A DNA stretch of 39,415 nt, from positions 1 to 39,415 of IMG/VR virus record IMGVR_UViG_3300044987_001885. One strand, written 5' to 3'. Both the position numbers and the translations under genes were made by a program. This document shows positions 17,588 through 26,442 of this stretch, one piece after another; the stretch's first letter is position 1, and every line of letters begins with the position of its first letter. Below the pieces are notes generated by a model. The model had not been told where the DNA came from. It searched no databases and saw only the letters and a program-made list of their open reading frames with translations. Origin of the DNA: a virus. Taxonomy: Duplodnaviria; Caudoviricetes.

Positions 17588-18195
17588 GCGAGCCGGACAG
17601 CGTATTCGACCTGTTGAAATACTATTCGCCGGGACAGCCGGACCCCATACTCATGCGGAAGGCCAACGCCATGCTGGGCAGATCGACGCCGGAAGTGAAG
17701 GCCGCCGCGATAGACTGGATCATCGAGCACATCCCCCGCCAGGACGGGAAATACCGGCATGACCTTTCGGTTACGGACATCAAGACCGCCCTGAAGGAAG
17801 TCGGCCAGCCTATCGACGACTACGTGCCGGCCGAGGAATGGACCTGCGATCTTTGCGGGCTGAAGTTCCAGTACGCGCAGGTCGTATCCTACGCCGACAA
17901 GCACGACAAGGGTATTTTCGACTACTGCCCACGATGCGGCTTCCAGCCATGCGACACCTTGCAGGCCAACCTGGAAGCCAAGTTGCAGGGAAAGAATATC
18001 CGGGCATGGTATGGACGCCGCATGGAAGAATTCAGGAAGTCGTGGGACATCCGGCAGAAATCGGGCAACGGGTGGATCTTCGACAAGAAAGAGGATGACG
18101 ACTTCGAGGCCAAGAAGCGAAAGGACTTGGTGGAAAGCATGAAGCGCGAGGCATCGGAAGCGATAGCCAAACTCGCAATGGAGCGGAAAGCATGA
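17584..18195 (+). CDS. Zn-ribbon protein downstream of the initiator (possible helicase loader/accessory)
   Basis: CDLC..CPRC; ATGA overlap with the initiator; function inferred from position only. Confidence 0.55.
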   Translation: MSEPDSVFDLLKYYSPGQPDPILMRKANAMLGRSTPEVKAAAIDWIIEHIPRQDGKYRHDLSVTDIKTALKEVGQPIDDYVPAEEWTCDLCGLKFQYAQVVSYADKHDKGIFDYCPRCGFQPCDTLQANLEAKLQGKNIRAWYGRRMEEFRKSWDIRQKSGNGWIFDKKEDDDFEAKKRKDLVESMKREASEAIAKLAMERKA

Positions 18196-18863
18196 TAACC
18201 ATGTTACATGAAAATTGCATGGATTTTATGGCAACCCTGCCTGACAAAGCCTTCGAGCTGGCGATTGTTGACCCGCCGTATGGGATAGGGGAGGCTGGCG
18301 GTGAGTTGCATTCAAACCGAGCTTTAAGTGGTGCCGGAAAGTTAAAAAATAGGGCGCTAAACACGGGTAACACAAAATGGGATTCCGCCCCTAGCGCAGA
18401 GTATTTTGCAGAGCTTCTCCGAGTATCCGAAAACCAAATAATATGGGGTGGCAACTACTTTCCCTTGCCGCCTTCCCGTTGCGTAATAGCGTGGGATAAA
18501 GTACAGCCATGGGAAAACTTTTCGCAATGGGAAATGGCGTGGACTTCTTTTGATTTCCCGGCGGCATTGTTTAGATTCGACAACCGAACAGGAGGCAAGA
18601 TTCATCCAACAGCCAAGCCCGTAGCCCTCTACAAATGGCTACTGTCCCGCTATGCCAAGCCCGGTAACCGCATCCTAGACACCCATGGCGGCTCCGGTTC
18701 AATCTGTATCGCCTGCCACGACCTAGGCTTTGACCTGACATGGATGGAGCTGGACGCCGATTACTACGAGGCCGCCGTAAAGCGCTACAAGACCCACGCG
18801 GCGCAAGGGCAGATGTTCATCCATGACAATCCGAAACCCGTGGGAAAGGAGCTGGAACTATGA
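18192..18863 (+). CDS. DNA methyltransferase (N6-A/N4-C, beta class)
   Basis: IVDPPYG motif IV, IIWGGNYF, IHPTAKPVALY, ILDTHGGSGS motif I. Confidence 0.92.
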   Translation: MITMLHENCMDFMATLPDKAFELAIVDPPYGIGEAGGELHSNRALSGAGKLKNRALNTGNTKWDSAPSAEYFAELLRVSENQIIWGGNYFPLPPSRCVIAWDKVQPWENFSQWEMAWTSFDFPAALFRFDNRTGGKIHPTAKPVALYKWLLSRYAKPGNRILDTHGGSGSICIACHDLGFDLTWMELDADYYEAAVKRYKTHAAQGQMFIHDNPKPVGKELEL

Positions 18864-19090
18864 GAAACTGCAACAACTGCGGTGAGTCGTACCGAAAGAC
18901 CTGCCCGACACCCTGCAACCGGGTCATGTGGGAACACGACGGAACTATCTGCGAATTCTTCCAGGCCCTCACCCTGGACGAGATCGCCGCGATAAACCAG
19001 GAGCGGTGGGAAGCCGCGACGGAGGCCGAACTGATGACCGCCAAGCAGAAGCACGACTACAACAACAGGATCAAGGGGCTGACATCATGA
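18860..19090 (+). CDS. Small Cys-rich hypothetical protein
   Basis: CNNC..C..C..C; coupled start. Confidence 0.55.
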   Translation: MRNCNNCGESYRKTCPTPCNRVMWEHDGTICEFFQALTLDEIAAINQERWEAATEAELMTAKQKHDYNNRIKGLTS

Positions 19091-19357
19091 GCAAAACCCT
19101 CCACGGTGATAAAAACAGGGGGTCTGGTCAACGCGACACCATAAAGACGGGTCCAACTACCACCCGGCCCCAAAAGACGCGCCAAAACAAACATACGGAG
19201 GTATTAGCATGACACACCACGAGACCCTGGCATGGTTCCGCGACAACCCCGGCCCGGACAACGTGGCTATCTCAGCCCCACGGCGCACAGCCTGCGGGCT
19301 ACCGGCGAACGTGGGGGCGGGAAGGCCGGACCAGGGAAGCAAGAAGAGGGGGAAGAA

Positions 19358-19609
19358 GTGAGGATTGACGAAATACTTGAAGTTGAACAACACGGCGTCA
19401 CCTATGACACGCCTTCGATGCACGGGACGTTCAGTCAGCTCGCCGCCGAGGTCAGGCGGTTGAGGGAGCGCGAGCGGGTGCTGGTGGAAGCGCTTGGATA
19501 TGTGGTGTGTTGCGACGTGAATCCAAAGACGTCGAGTATATCGCCTATATCGAGACTCAGGCTTGCGACAAATCGCGCACGTGCCGTCCTTGAAGCGGTA
19601 AAGGAGTAG
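19358..19609 (+). CDS. Hypothetical protein ending LEAVKE
   Basis: GTG start with purine-rich RBS; coiled-coil AEVRRLRERERVLVEAL. Confidence 0.55.
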   Translation: MRIDEILEVEQHGVTYDTPSMHGTFSQLAAEVRRLRERERVLVEALGYVVCCDVNPKTSSISPISRLRLATNRARAVLEAVKE

Positions 19610-19780
19610 GGGATGCTTGACGAAAAAGAGTTGCTGTTGCAAAGGGCTGAATTACTGTCAGAAATGGCTCAGGATGCAGAACGTATATCAAAAAGGTTAT
19701 TTCGTGAAGCAAATAACATATTTAACGAGTACAGGACTAAATACCCTAAAGCCCTTGAAGCGGTGAAGGAGTAGGGGATG
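19588..19780 (+). repeat. 28-bp direct repeat (1 mismatch) containing gene end, stop, RBS and ATG
   Basis: ccttgaagcggt(a/g)aaggagtaggggatg at 19588-19615 and 19753-19780. Confidence 0.9.
19613..19774 (+). CDS. Small AT-rich hypothetical protein (53 aa) ending LEAVKE, flanked by 28-bp direct repeats
   Basis: MLDEKELLLQRAELLSEMAQDAERISKRLFREANNIFNEYRTKYPKALEAVKE; AAGGAG RBS. Confidence 0.65.
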   Translation: MLDEKELLLQRAELLSEMAQDAERISKRLFREANNIFNEYRTKYPKALEAVKE

Positions 19781-20038
19781 GAGATAGTTTACCTTGATCC
19801 GAAAAGAGGACGCGATTACCTACCCATGCTCTATGAGATTGGACGCAGGCACAGGGCATATAAAGCCCTGATCTGGGAAATGTGCGCCGTGTTCGACAAG
19901 GCGGCGCTGACGGGGATGCTTGCAAGTGAAGCTGGTGGCTATTCGATTTACAACAGGGACTGCATAGGCACGACGGCCTATGACATCGCCGCCAACATGA
20001 TGTTCGAGCGGGCAAGGCGACGGGAGGCGGGCAGATGA
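19778..20038 (+). CDS. Hypothetical protein ending RRREAGR
   Basis: ORF track; RBS supplied by the repeat. Confidence 0.6.
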   Translation: MEIVYLDPKRGRDYLPMLYEIGRRHRAYKALIWEMCAVFDKAALTGMLASEAGGYSIYNRDCIGTTAYDIAANMMFERARRREAGR

Positions 20039-20166
20039 AAAGGAAAACAATTGTTGATCTTATCAAGGATTTGCTTCATGTCTACTCGAATTGGAGACTA
20101 TACAATAGACTTGTAGAAACATATTTTAAGTCGGTTGGGAAAAGGCGACGGGAGGCAGGGAAGTGA
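20035..20166 (+). CDS. Small AT-rich hypothetical protein (43 aa) ending RRREAGK
   Basis: ATGA overlap, GGAGG RBS; flanked by the 15-bp repeat aaggcgacgggaggc. Confidence 0.6.
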   Translation: MKRKTIVDLIKDLLHVYSNWRLYNRLVETYFKSVGKRRREAGK

Positions 20167-20270
20167 AGGAGGCTATTGAGGCACTCAAGCATATCGAACC
20201 CCGCATGATCCTCATACCCTTGATGCTGGCGCTGGTGGCGCTGGCGATCATAAACTGCTTCAGGAGGTAG
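20163..20270 (+). CDS. Small membrane peptide (35 aa)
   Basis: GTGA overlap; ILIPLMLALVALAII hydrophobic stretch. Confidence 0.5.
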   Translation: MKEAIEALKHIEPRMILIPLMLALVALAIINCFRR

Positions 20271-20272
20271 CG

Positions 20273-20569
20273 GTGATTGAAAAGAAACCATTCACTATGG
20301 AGATACTGGGAAAGCCGTACAAGATTGATTTTTCTGGTGAATTCGATCTACAGAACAATCTGGGAGCCGCGAACAGATCGCTCCAGGTAATCAGGCTTCT
20401 GAACACGCTGGCCGACGAGCAGGTCGAGGATACACTGCTTCACGAGGTGCTTCACATCATCGACAAGGAGCTTGTCATCGGGCTGGAAGAAGCCGAAGTT
20501 GCACGCCTTGCCGTCGGCCTTCACAGTGCGGGGTACAGGTACGATGGAGGACACTATGACCAACGGTAA
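20273..20569 (+). CDS. Small zincin-like metallopeptidase domain protein
   Basis: DTLLHEVLH followed by a downstream EE; AGGAGG RBS. Confidence 0.7.
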   Translation: MIEKKPFTMEILGKPYKIDFSGEFDLQNNLGAANRSLQVIRLLNTLADEQVEDTLLHEVLHIIDKELVIGLEEAEVARLAVGLHSAGYRYDGGHYDQR

Positions 20570-20666
20570 CAGGACAAACACACTGCTCGCGGTGTATCTT
20601 GTGGCTATGTGCGTGCTGCTGGTGGCGTTTGGCTACATCCTGGAGATGATCCAGGGGATACGGTGA
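20556..20666 (+). CDS. Small membrane peptide
   Basis: GGAGG RBS; LLAVYLVAMCVLLVAFGYIL. Confidence 0.5.
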   Translation: MTNGNRTNTLLAVYLVAMCVLLVAFGYILEMIQGIR

Positions 20667-20869
20667 GGACAGACGACCTCATCGCCGAGATACAGGCACG
20701 GGCATGGATAACCAACGACATGGGCCTGGCCAAGGCTGCCCTGGCCCTTGCCGAGGAATACATCATCATGCGCGACATGGCCCTCCGGATGGAGAGCACC
20801 ATACACCGCATGGTCAAGGAGGCCGAAAAGGCCGGGGAGGCGAAAATTGGCGGCATACAACAACCCTGA
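20663..20869 (+). CDS. Hypothetical protein
   Basis: GTGA overlap start. Confidence 0.5.
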   Translation: MRTDDLIAEIQARAWITNDMGLAKAALALAEEYIIMRDMALRMESTIHRMVKEAEKAGEAKIGGIQQP

Positions 20870-21080
20870 CGACGCGGCTAGAGCGAGCAAGAGGCACATG
20901 GCTTTCTGTGACCCATTCTTCGTGCATCTCCCCAGGGGAAGGATACAGGTGGAGATCGTGAAACCGTTGTACGGTGATCCATACGCGGTGTACCATACGG
21001 CCCAGGGCATCAAGGTCCACGACTGGAAGCCATCAAGCTCGGATGTTGACCGCATAAATATATGGAGACCATGGGTTTGA
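20847..21080 (+). CDS. Hypothetical protein
   Basis: TTG start after GGAGG. Confidence 0.45.
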   Translation: MAAYNNPDDAARASKRHMAFCDPFFVHLPRGRIQVEIVKPLYGDPYAVYHTAQGIKVHDWKPSSSDVDRINIWRPWV

Positions 21081-21733
21081 GAACCCGGAGCATAGACACC
21101 CACGAAAAGAAGGCCGAGATAATCAAGGCCCTGGTCAGCGGAAGGGAGTCATACCAGAATATATCGGAACGATATGGGATTTCAAAGACGGCAATATGCA
21201 CATACCTGAAGGACAGGCTGTACCCACAGGTAGCCTCTGCCAGGATCGCAGAGGACAAAAAGGCCGGCAAGACCATGCTCGAGAGGATCGAGAGGGAGAT
21301 GGTCTACAGCCAGAAGATGTACGAATCGTGCAACGACTGGCTCCAGGACCCCACCAACCCAGACCGATACGAGCTCGGGCCCAGGGGATACGAGATCAAC
21401 GTCGTCTACAGGGACGAGAATGGACACCAGCAGAAGGCCACCCTCCAGACCCTGCTTGACCGTATCTCCGGAAGCCAGGAGTTCAGGACATTCGACCTGT
21501 TCGCCAAGGTCGCTGACCCAAGACGGCTTATCCTGGAATCTGCCAACACGCTCAACAGGCAACTCGAGATGCTCGCCAAGGTCGAGGGCCTCATCAAGGA
21601 GAACACCACAGCCGCCCAGGACCCACAGACGATATACATGACCATGATCCAGATAGTCGAGAATGCCACGAAGAAGGCTCCGGAGGTACGAGATAGCATC
21701 ATCAAGGCCCTTGAGGCTGCCGGTAATACCTAG
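21071..21733 (+). CDS. Probable terminase small subunit
   Basis: N-terminal HTH (ESYQNISERYGISKTAI), helical C-terminus, directly upstream of the terminase ATPase. Confidence 0.6.
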   Translation: MGLRTRSIDTHEKKAEIIKALVSGRESYQNISERYGISKTAICTYLKDRLYPQVASARIAEDKKAGKTMLERIEREMVYSQKMYESCNDWLQDPTNPDRYELGPRGYEINVVYRDENGHQQKATLQTLLDRISGSQEFRTFDLFAKVADPRRLILESANTLNRQLEMLAKVEGLIKENTTAAQDPQTIYMTMIQIVENATKKAPEVRDSIIKALEAAGNT

Positions 21734-22619
21734 CAACGCATTCACCCATGCCGTCTACGGGCTGTCGCGTGACAGGTATATCCGCAGCCTTGGGTTCAAA
21801 CCGTTCGAGTGGCAGACAGACATACTCGAATCCCAGGCCCGCAGGAAGATCGTCAACGGGGCTAGGCAGTCGGGGAAGTCAACGATCATAGCCAGCACCC
21901 CCAGCCATCGGGCACGGTACTGGCCCAAAAGCCTGTCAATTGTACTGGCAGCCACAGAGCGGCAGGCGGTTGAGGACATCGAGAAGATCAAGGACTTCAT
22001 TTCCCGCGACCCCACATACCCTGAGATCATGCGCGACTCGGACAGCCTCATCGAGCTTTCAAACGGTTCACGCATCCTTGTCGTTCCGGCCACCGAGAAG
22101 GCAGCACGTGGATACTCCAACCCCGACATCATCATCCTGGACGAGGCCAGCCGCATCGAGGACGCCGTGTACAAGTCGGGGGTGAGGCCGATGCTCACCG
22201 ACAACGAGAAATGCGAGCTTATCGCCATATCGACACCCAACGGACGCATGGGCTTCTTCGCCAACGCCTGGGCATCGGACAGGTGGGAGCGGTACGAGGT
22301 GCGCTCCCCGTGGGAGATCGGCGAGGACAAGTGGACACTTGTCGAGACCATGCCCGAGCGGAGATACCGCGAGACCATGGCAAAAAGAGGCATAAAGGGC
22401 TATTATTCACCCAGGCACCATGTTTTCAGCGAACAGCAGGAGAACCTTATCGAGATGGGCGCGGATATGTACCGCCAGGAGTACCTTTGTGAATTCGTGG
22501 AACCCGACGAGCAGACCTTCACCTACGACGAGGTGGACGCAATAATGCACCCCGGCGAGGCCATCGAGTGCATGGACTTCGGGCTTGTCATGACTGATGA
22601 CAGGGCGATGGTGATCTGA
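21663..22619 (+). CDS. terL: Terminase large subunit, ATPase part (true start may be TTG 21711)
   Basis: PFEWQ, Walker A GARQSGKST, ARGYS, Walker B IIILDEA, coupling motif ISTPNG, RQEYLCEF. Confidence 0.88.
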   Translation: MPRRRLRRYEIASSRPLRLPVIPSNAFTHAVYGLSRDRYIRSLGFKPFEWQTDILESQARRKIVNGARQSGKSTIIASTPSHRARYWPKSLSIVLAATERQAVEDIEKIKDFISRDPTYPEIMRDSDSLIELSNGSRILVVPATEKAARGYSNPDIIILDEASRIEDAVYKSGVRPMLTDNEKCELIAISTPNGRMGFFANAWASDRWERYEVRSPWEIGEDKWTLVETMPERRYRETMAKRGIKGYYSPRHHVFSEQQENLIEMGADMYRQEYLCEFVEPDEQTFTYDEVDAIMHPGEAIECMDFGLVMTDDRAMVI

Positions 22620-23341
22620 TGCACGAGTACTGCGTATCCGTTGACATAGCCAAGAAGCGGGACTACACCGCGATAATGGTGTTCAGGGACAGGCCCAACC
22701 TGGTCGAGGGCATCGAGTCGCTGGGGCAGGGGCACAGGTTCATCCACACCTACGACATCATGCACATCGACAAGTTCCAGGGCGTGTCCTACCCGGAGAT
22801 AGCCGATATAGTTTCCAACATGATGGAGCACCACGACCTCAAGGCCAACGCCGACCTGCTGGTTGACGGCTCGGGAGTGGGGGCTGCTGTTGTGGATCTC
22901 ATGAGGGATATGTTCCTCACCCCCATACCCATCATCTTCACCGGACCCGGCAAGGCCAGGGAAGTGTACGCCGACATGGGGAACATCTTCAGCGTATCGG
23001 ACAGGCTGAAGGGCGCTAGGATACTGAACGAGATCCACGTGCCCAAGGTGGACATGGTTGCCGCCGCCCGTATACTTACCCAGCAGAGGCGATTCAGGAT
23101 GACGCAGGGCCTCAAGTGGGCGGACGAGTTCGAGCGACAGATGCTCAAGTTCAGGGGCAAGGTGAACGAGAAGACGGGCCACGTGAGGCACGAGGCCGAG
23201 ACGGAGGACACCCACGACGACCTTGTGGTATGCTTGCTCATGGCAGCATGGTGGTTCAACCGCGACCGCAGGGACACCGAGATTGTAGCGGCGAGGACGG
23301 GCGACTCCGTACCCGAATGGAACCCGATGGACTTTGCTTAG
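22619..23341 (+). CDS. terL: Terminase large subunit, RNase H-like nuclease part (separate gene)
   Basis: SVDIAKKRDYTA, LVDGSGVG, HDDLV acidic nuclease motifs; TGATG overlap. Confidence 0.85.
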   Translation: MHEYCVSVDIAKKRDYTAIMVFRDRPNLVEGIESLGQGHRFIHTYDIMHIDKFQGVSYPEIADIVSNMMEHHDLKANADLLVDGSGVGAAVVDLMRDMFLTPIPIIFTGPGKAREVYADMGNIFSVSDRLKGARILNEIHVPKVDMVAAARILTQQRRFRMTQGLKWADEFERQMLKFRGKVNEKTGHVRHEAETEDTHDDLVVCLLMAAWWFNRDRRDTEIVAARTGDSVPEWNPMDFA

Positions 23342-23353
23342 GAGGCTGGAAGT

Positions 23354-25012
23354 ATGGATATAGCGCGTGAATCGATGGACAAGCTGGTCAGGGTCAAGGG
23401 CCAGCTCAAGAGCGACCGGGCGAGGTACGACAGCCGATGGCAGGAGATTGCCAGGTACATCAACCCCGCATACGGGAACTGGGACGACTCGCACCCAGGA
23501 GGCACGGGGACCGACCCCTTCGACTACAAGGACATCTTCGACAACACCGCCCTGAAAGCCTCATCCCTGCTGGCTGATGGAATCCAGGGCTACGCTTTCA
23601 GCCGTGACGGATCATGGTTTCGCCTGTCCCTGGAGGACGAGAAGCTGATGAAGGTAGGCGAGTACGCCGAATGGCTCCAGTCGGTTGAAAGGTCGTTCTA
23701 CAAGCAGTTTTCAAGATCGAACATCTACGACGAGGGACGGGCTTTCGTGAAATGCGGGGCCGACTTCGGGACAGCTGTCATGTTCAGGACCGAGGACACC
23801 ATCCGGGGGATGCCGAGCTACAAGACCCTGCACCTGAAGGACTGCCTCATCAAGGAAAACAGGTTCGGCGAGGTGGACACCCTGTTCAGGGACTTGTGGC
23901 TCACCCCCGACGACGCCATGAGTTATTTCGGGAGCGATGCCCTGCCCAAATCCATAGTGGACGCGGCGGACGGCAACCCGACCAAGCAGTTCAAGTTCAC
24001 CCAGTACGTGGGACCGAGGGGCCAGTACTCCCTGGAAGTGGCCGGCACACAGCCCTTCGTGTCGGTCTACTACGCCGACATCGAGCAGTCCAAGCCTGTA
24101 TCCGTAGGCGAGTACCGATCCAAGCCCTTCTTTGTCTGGCGCTGGTCGAGGAACATGAACGGCGAGGTCTGGGGCTCCGACTGCCCGGGCATGGTGGAGC
24201 TTCCCAACGTGAAGCAGGCGAATTCCATGCGGAAGAACTTCAACCGCCTGGTGCAGTTGACATCCCAGCCCCCGCTCAAGGCGACCGAGGGATTGAGGGG
24301 AAGAATCAACATGACCCCGAACGGAGTCACCTATGTCAGGCCGGGCGAGGACTTCGCGCCCACCCAGATCATCGGGAACCTCCAGGGAGTGGCCGAGGAC
24401 ATGGCTCTCCTGAGGCAGTCAACGAACGAGACCTACCACACGGACTTCTTCCTCATCCTCACCCAGAACATCGAGCGCACGAAGACAGCCACCGAGGTTG
24501 CCGGCCTCCAGGGTGAGAAGGCCGCGCTGCTCTCGGCGTTCTTCGGACGGCTGGCGGCGGAGTTCCTGGAACCCCTGCTGGAAGACCTGTTCGCCCTTGA
24601 GCTGGCCTCCGGAAGGCTTGTGCAGCCACCCGCCACCCTTGCCGACGCGGACCTGAAGATCGACCTGGTATCCCCGTTGGCAAGCCTCCAGAAACGGGTG
24701 CACGAGCTGTCCGCCACCGACGAGGCCATCGCAAGGATAGTACAGGTCGCACAGATAGACCCGACCGTGATCGACACGGTGGACTTCGACCAGTACGTAA
24801 GGACCGTGGCCGAGAGCTACAACATGAAGCAGACCATCCTCAGGGACGAGCTGGACGTGGAACGGATACGCAAGGCGCGGCTCCAGCAGCAGATGGAGAT
24901 GCAGCAGCAGCAGATGGGCATGCAGGAGGCTTCAGTGAAGGCTGACGTTGCCCTCAAGGGGGCAAAGGCCATGGAAGCGGCGCAGGGAGTCCAGGGAGTA
25001 CAGGGAGCATGA
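23354..25012 (+). CDS. Portal (head-to-tail connector), T7/BPP-1 type
   Basis: WQEIARY, D.TA..LA.G, WFRL, DFGTA, RW..GEVWG..PG, TATEV..EKA..G..RL.AE.L.PL, SPLA motifs. Confidence 0.92.
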   Translation: MDIARESMDKLVRVKGQLKSDRARYDSRWQEIARYINPAYGNWDDSHPGGTGTDPFDYKDIFDNTALKASSLLADGIQGYAFSRDGSWFRLSLEDEKLMKVGEYAEWLQSVERSFYKQFSRSNIYDEGRAFVKCGADFGTAVMFRTEDTIRGMPSYKTLHLKDCLIKENRFGEVDTLFRDLWLTPDDAMSYFGSDALPKSIVDAADGNPTKQFKFTQYVGPRGQYSLEVAGTQPFVSVYYADIEQSKPVSVGEYRSKPFFVWRWSRNMNGEVWGSDCPGMVELPNVKQANSMRKNFNRLVQLTSQPPLKATEGLRGRINMTPNGVTYVRPGEDFAPTQIIGNLQGVAEDMALLRQSTNETYHTDFFLILTQNIERTKTATEVAGLQGEKAALLSAFFGRLAAEFLEPLLEDLFALELASGRLVQPPATLADADLKIDLVSPLASLQKRVHELSATDEAIARIVQVAQIDPTVIDTVDFDQYVRTVAESYNMKQTILRDELDVERIRKARLQQQMEMQQQQMGMQEASVKADVALKGAKAMEAAQGVQGVQGA

Positions 25013-25314
25013 CCAGAAACGAGCGGTATCTGATGGGCAGGGAGCGCAGGGCGATATTCCGCAGGGTGTTCGTCGAGAGCCAGGACGGCAGGACCGTGCT
25101 AGCCCTCATACTGAACCGCTGCGGGTACTTCTCCCTTGACCCATCCATCGTGAGCCCGGAGCTTATATCCCTGTCAAACTACATCCTTGCAGAGATGGGG
25201 AGCATAAACACGGCCAACATCTACGGACTGGCCGACGCGATAGCAAAGGCGTCCAACGACGCCGATCTTGACGAGTATCTGTCCGCAGGGGACAGGGACG
25301 AGGAGGTTGAGTGA
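25009..25314 (+). CDS. Bbp19-like small protein between portal and scaffold
   Basis: FRRVF..DGRTVL..IL pattern and synteny. Confidence 0.55.
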   Translation: MTRNERYLMGRERRAIFRRVFVESQDGRTVLALILNRCGYFSLDPSIVSPELISLSNYILAEMGSINTANIYGLADAIAKASNDADLDEYLSAGDRDEEVE

Positions 25315-25315
25315 A

Positions 25316-26101
25316 ATGAGCGATACAGAACAGGCCGCACCCGCTACCGAAGCGACACCGCAAAGCGCACCAGCGCAGGCCGCACCACAGGCACAGGCCA
25401 CTCCACAGGCTTCAGAGCCACCCAAATGGCTATCCCAGGTATCGCCCGAGCGGAGGGAGAACAAGGAACTGCACGGGTACGCCACCCTGAACGACCTGGC
25501 AGACGACGCCCTTGCCATGAAGCGCGACAAGGGACGCTCCCTGCTGATCCCCGACGAGAAAGCCACCCCGCAGGACATCCGGGCCTTCTACGACCGCCTT
25601 GGAGTACCCAAGGACGCACAGGGCTACGGGCTGAAGCACGACGGTGTACCCGAGGGTGAGAAGCTCTCATCCGCTTTCGCCGAGCAGGCCATCAAGGCAG
25701 GGCTCACCAAGGGGCAGGCCACCAAGCAGTGGGAATTCCTGTCCGGACTGGTTAAGACCGGGCAGGGCGAGCAGCAGAGGCAGGCCACCGAGACCCGCGA
25801 GACATTCGACGCACGGCTTGACCAGGCGCTCAGGGCCACCATCCCCGAGGACTCGAAGCGAGAGGACGCAAAGAAGGAGACGGTGAACATGCTCAAGCGC
25901 CACCTGGCCCGCATGGACAAGGCGGTGGGGAAGGCTTATGTGGATAAGGGATTGATCTACGACACCGATTTCGTGCTTGCCATCGCAGCTGACGAGAGGA
26001 AGCGGGGGGACGCACCCTTCGTGGACGGATCGGTGAGCCCGAAGAGCGACAGACCGGTTGGGAGCTACCACCCCGACTTCATCAACGCATACAAGCGATA
26101 G
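25316..26101 (+). CDS. Capsid scaffolding protein
   Basis: A/P/Q-rich N-terminus, W..., FYDRLGVPKDAQGY, A.KAGLT..QA; position upstream of the capsid gene. Confidence 0.75.
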   Translation: MSDTEQAAPATEATPQSAPAQAAPQAQATPQASEPPKWLSQVSPERRENKELHGYATLNDLADDALAMKRDKGRSLLIPDEKATPQDIRAFYDRLGVPKDAQGYGLKHDGVPEGEKLSSAFAEQAIKAGLTKGQATKQWEFLSGLVKTGQGEQQRQATETRETFDARLDQALRATIPEDSKREDAKKETVNMLKRHLARMDKAVGKAYVDKGLIYDTDFVLAIAADERKRGDAPFVDGSVSPKSDRPVGSYHPDFINAYKR

Positions 26102-26110
26102 GAGGGCATT

Positions 26111-26263
26111 ATGCTTCTTGACGACGTGATTGCCATGACCAAAGAGGAGAAACCGGTTGACACAGCCGCGCTTCCCGAGGACAAGCCGCGCAGGATGAAC
26201 GATTACCACCCTGAATTCCTTAAAATCCACGGTAAACTTGACAAGCAAACAGGTGTGAAGTAG
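26111..26263 (+). CDS. Small protein (50 aa) sharing the YHP(D/E)F motif with the scaffold C-terminus
   Basis: GGAGG RBS; MLLDDVIAMTKEEKPVDTAALPEDKPRRMNDYHPEFLKIHGK.. Confidence 0.6.
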   Translation: MLLDDVIAMTKEEKPVDTAALPEDKPRRMNDYHPEFLKIHGKLDKQTGVK

Positions 26264-26266
26264 TAT
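26238..26266 (+). promoter_or_regulatory. Sigma70-type promoter upstream of the major capsid gene
   Basis: TTGACA, 17 bp, TAGTAT. Confidence 0.55.
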
Positions 26267-26442
26267 CCAGAAAGAACCGCGTTGCGGTTCCAGTATCTGC
26301 TGGAATCGGACGCGCCCTAAATGGACCAATAAAGGCATCGGGCAGGCTAAACCGTGCAGGGAGTAACCATCGCCCCCGTAATTGGGGACAGGAAGGCGCA
26401 CACAGACCGACCAGCGCAAACTCCACATGACGAGGTTTTACC

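Noticed and set aside
18192-18863. Restriction-modification system
   Set aside because: No adjacent restriction endonuclease recognised; an orphan phage methyltransferase is ordinary
19588-20166. CRISPR-like mini array from the direct repeats
   Set aside because: Only two copies of each repeat, with spacers of over 100 bp that encode ORFs; no cas genes
22523-26428. Alternative-frame and antisense ORFs of 250-320 aa over terminase, portal and scaffold
   Set aside because: Fully overlap well-supported genes and have shadow-ORF composition
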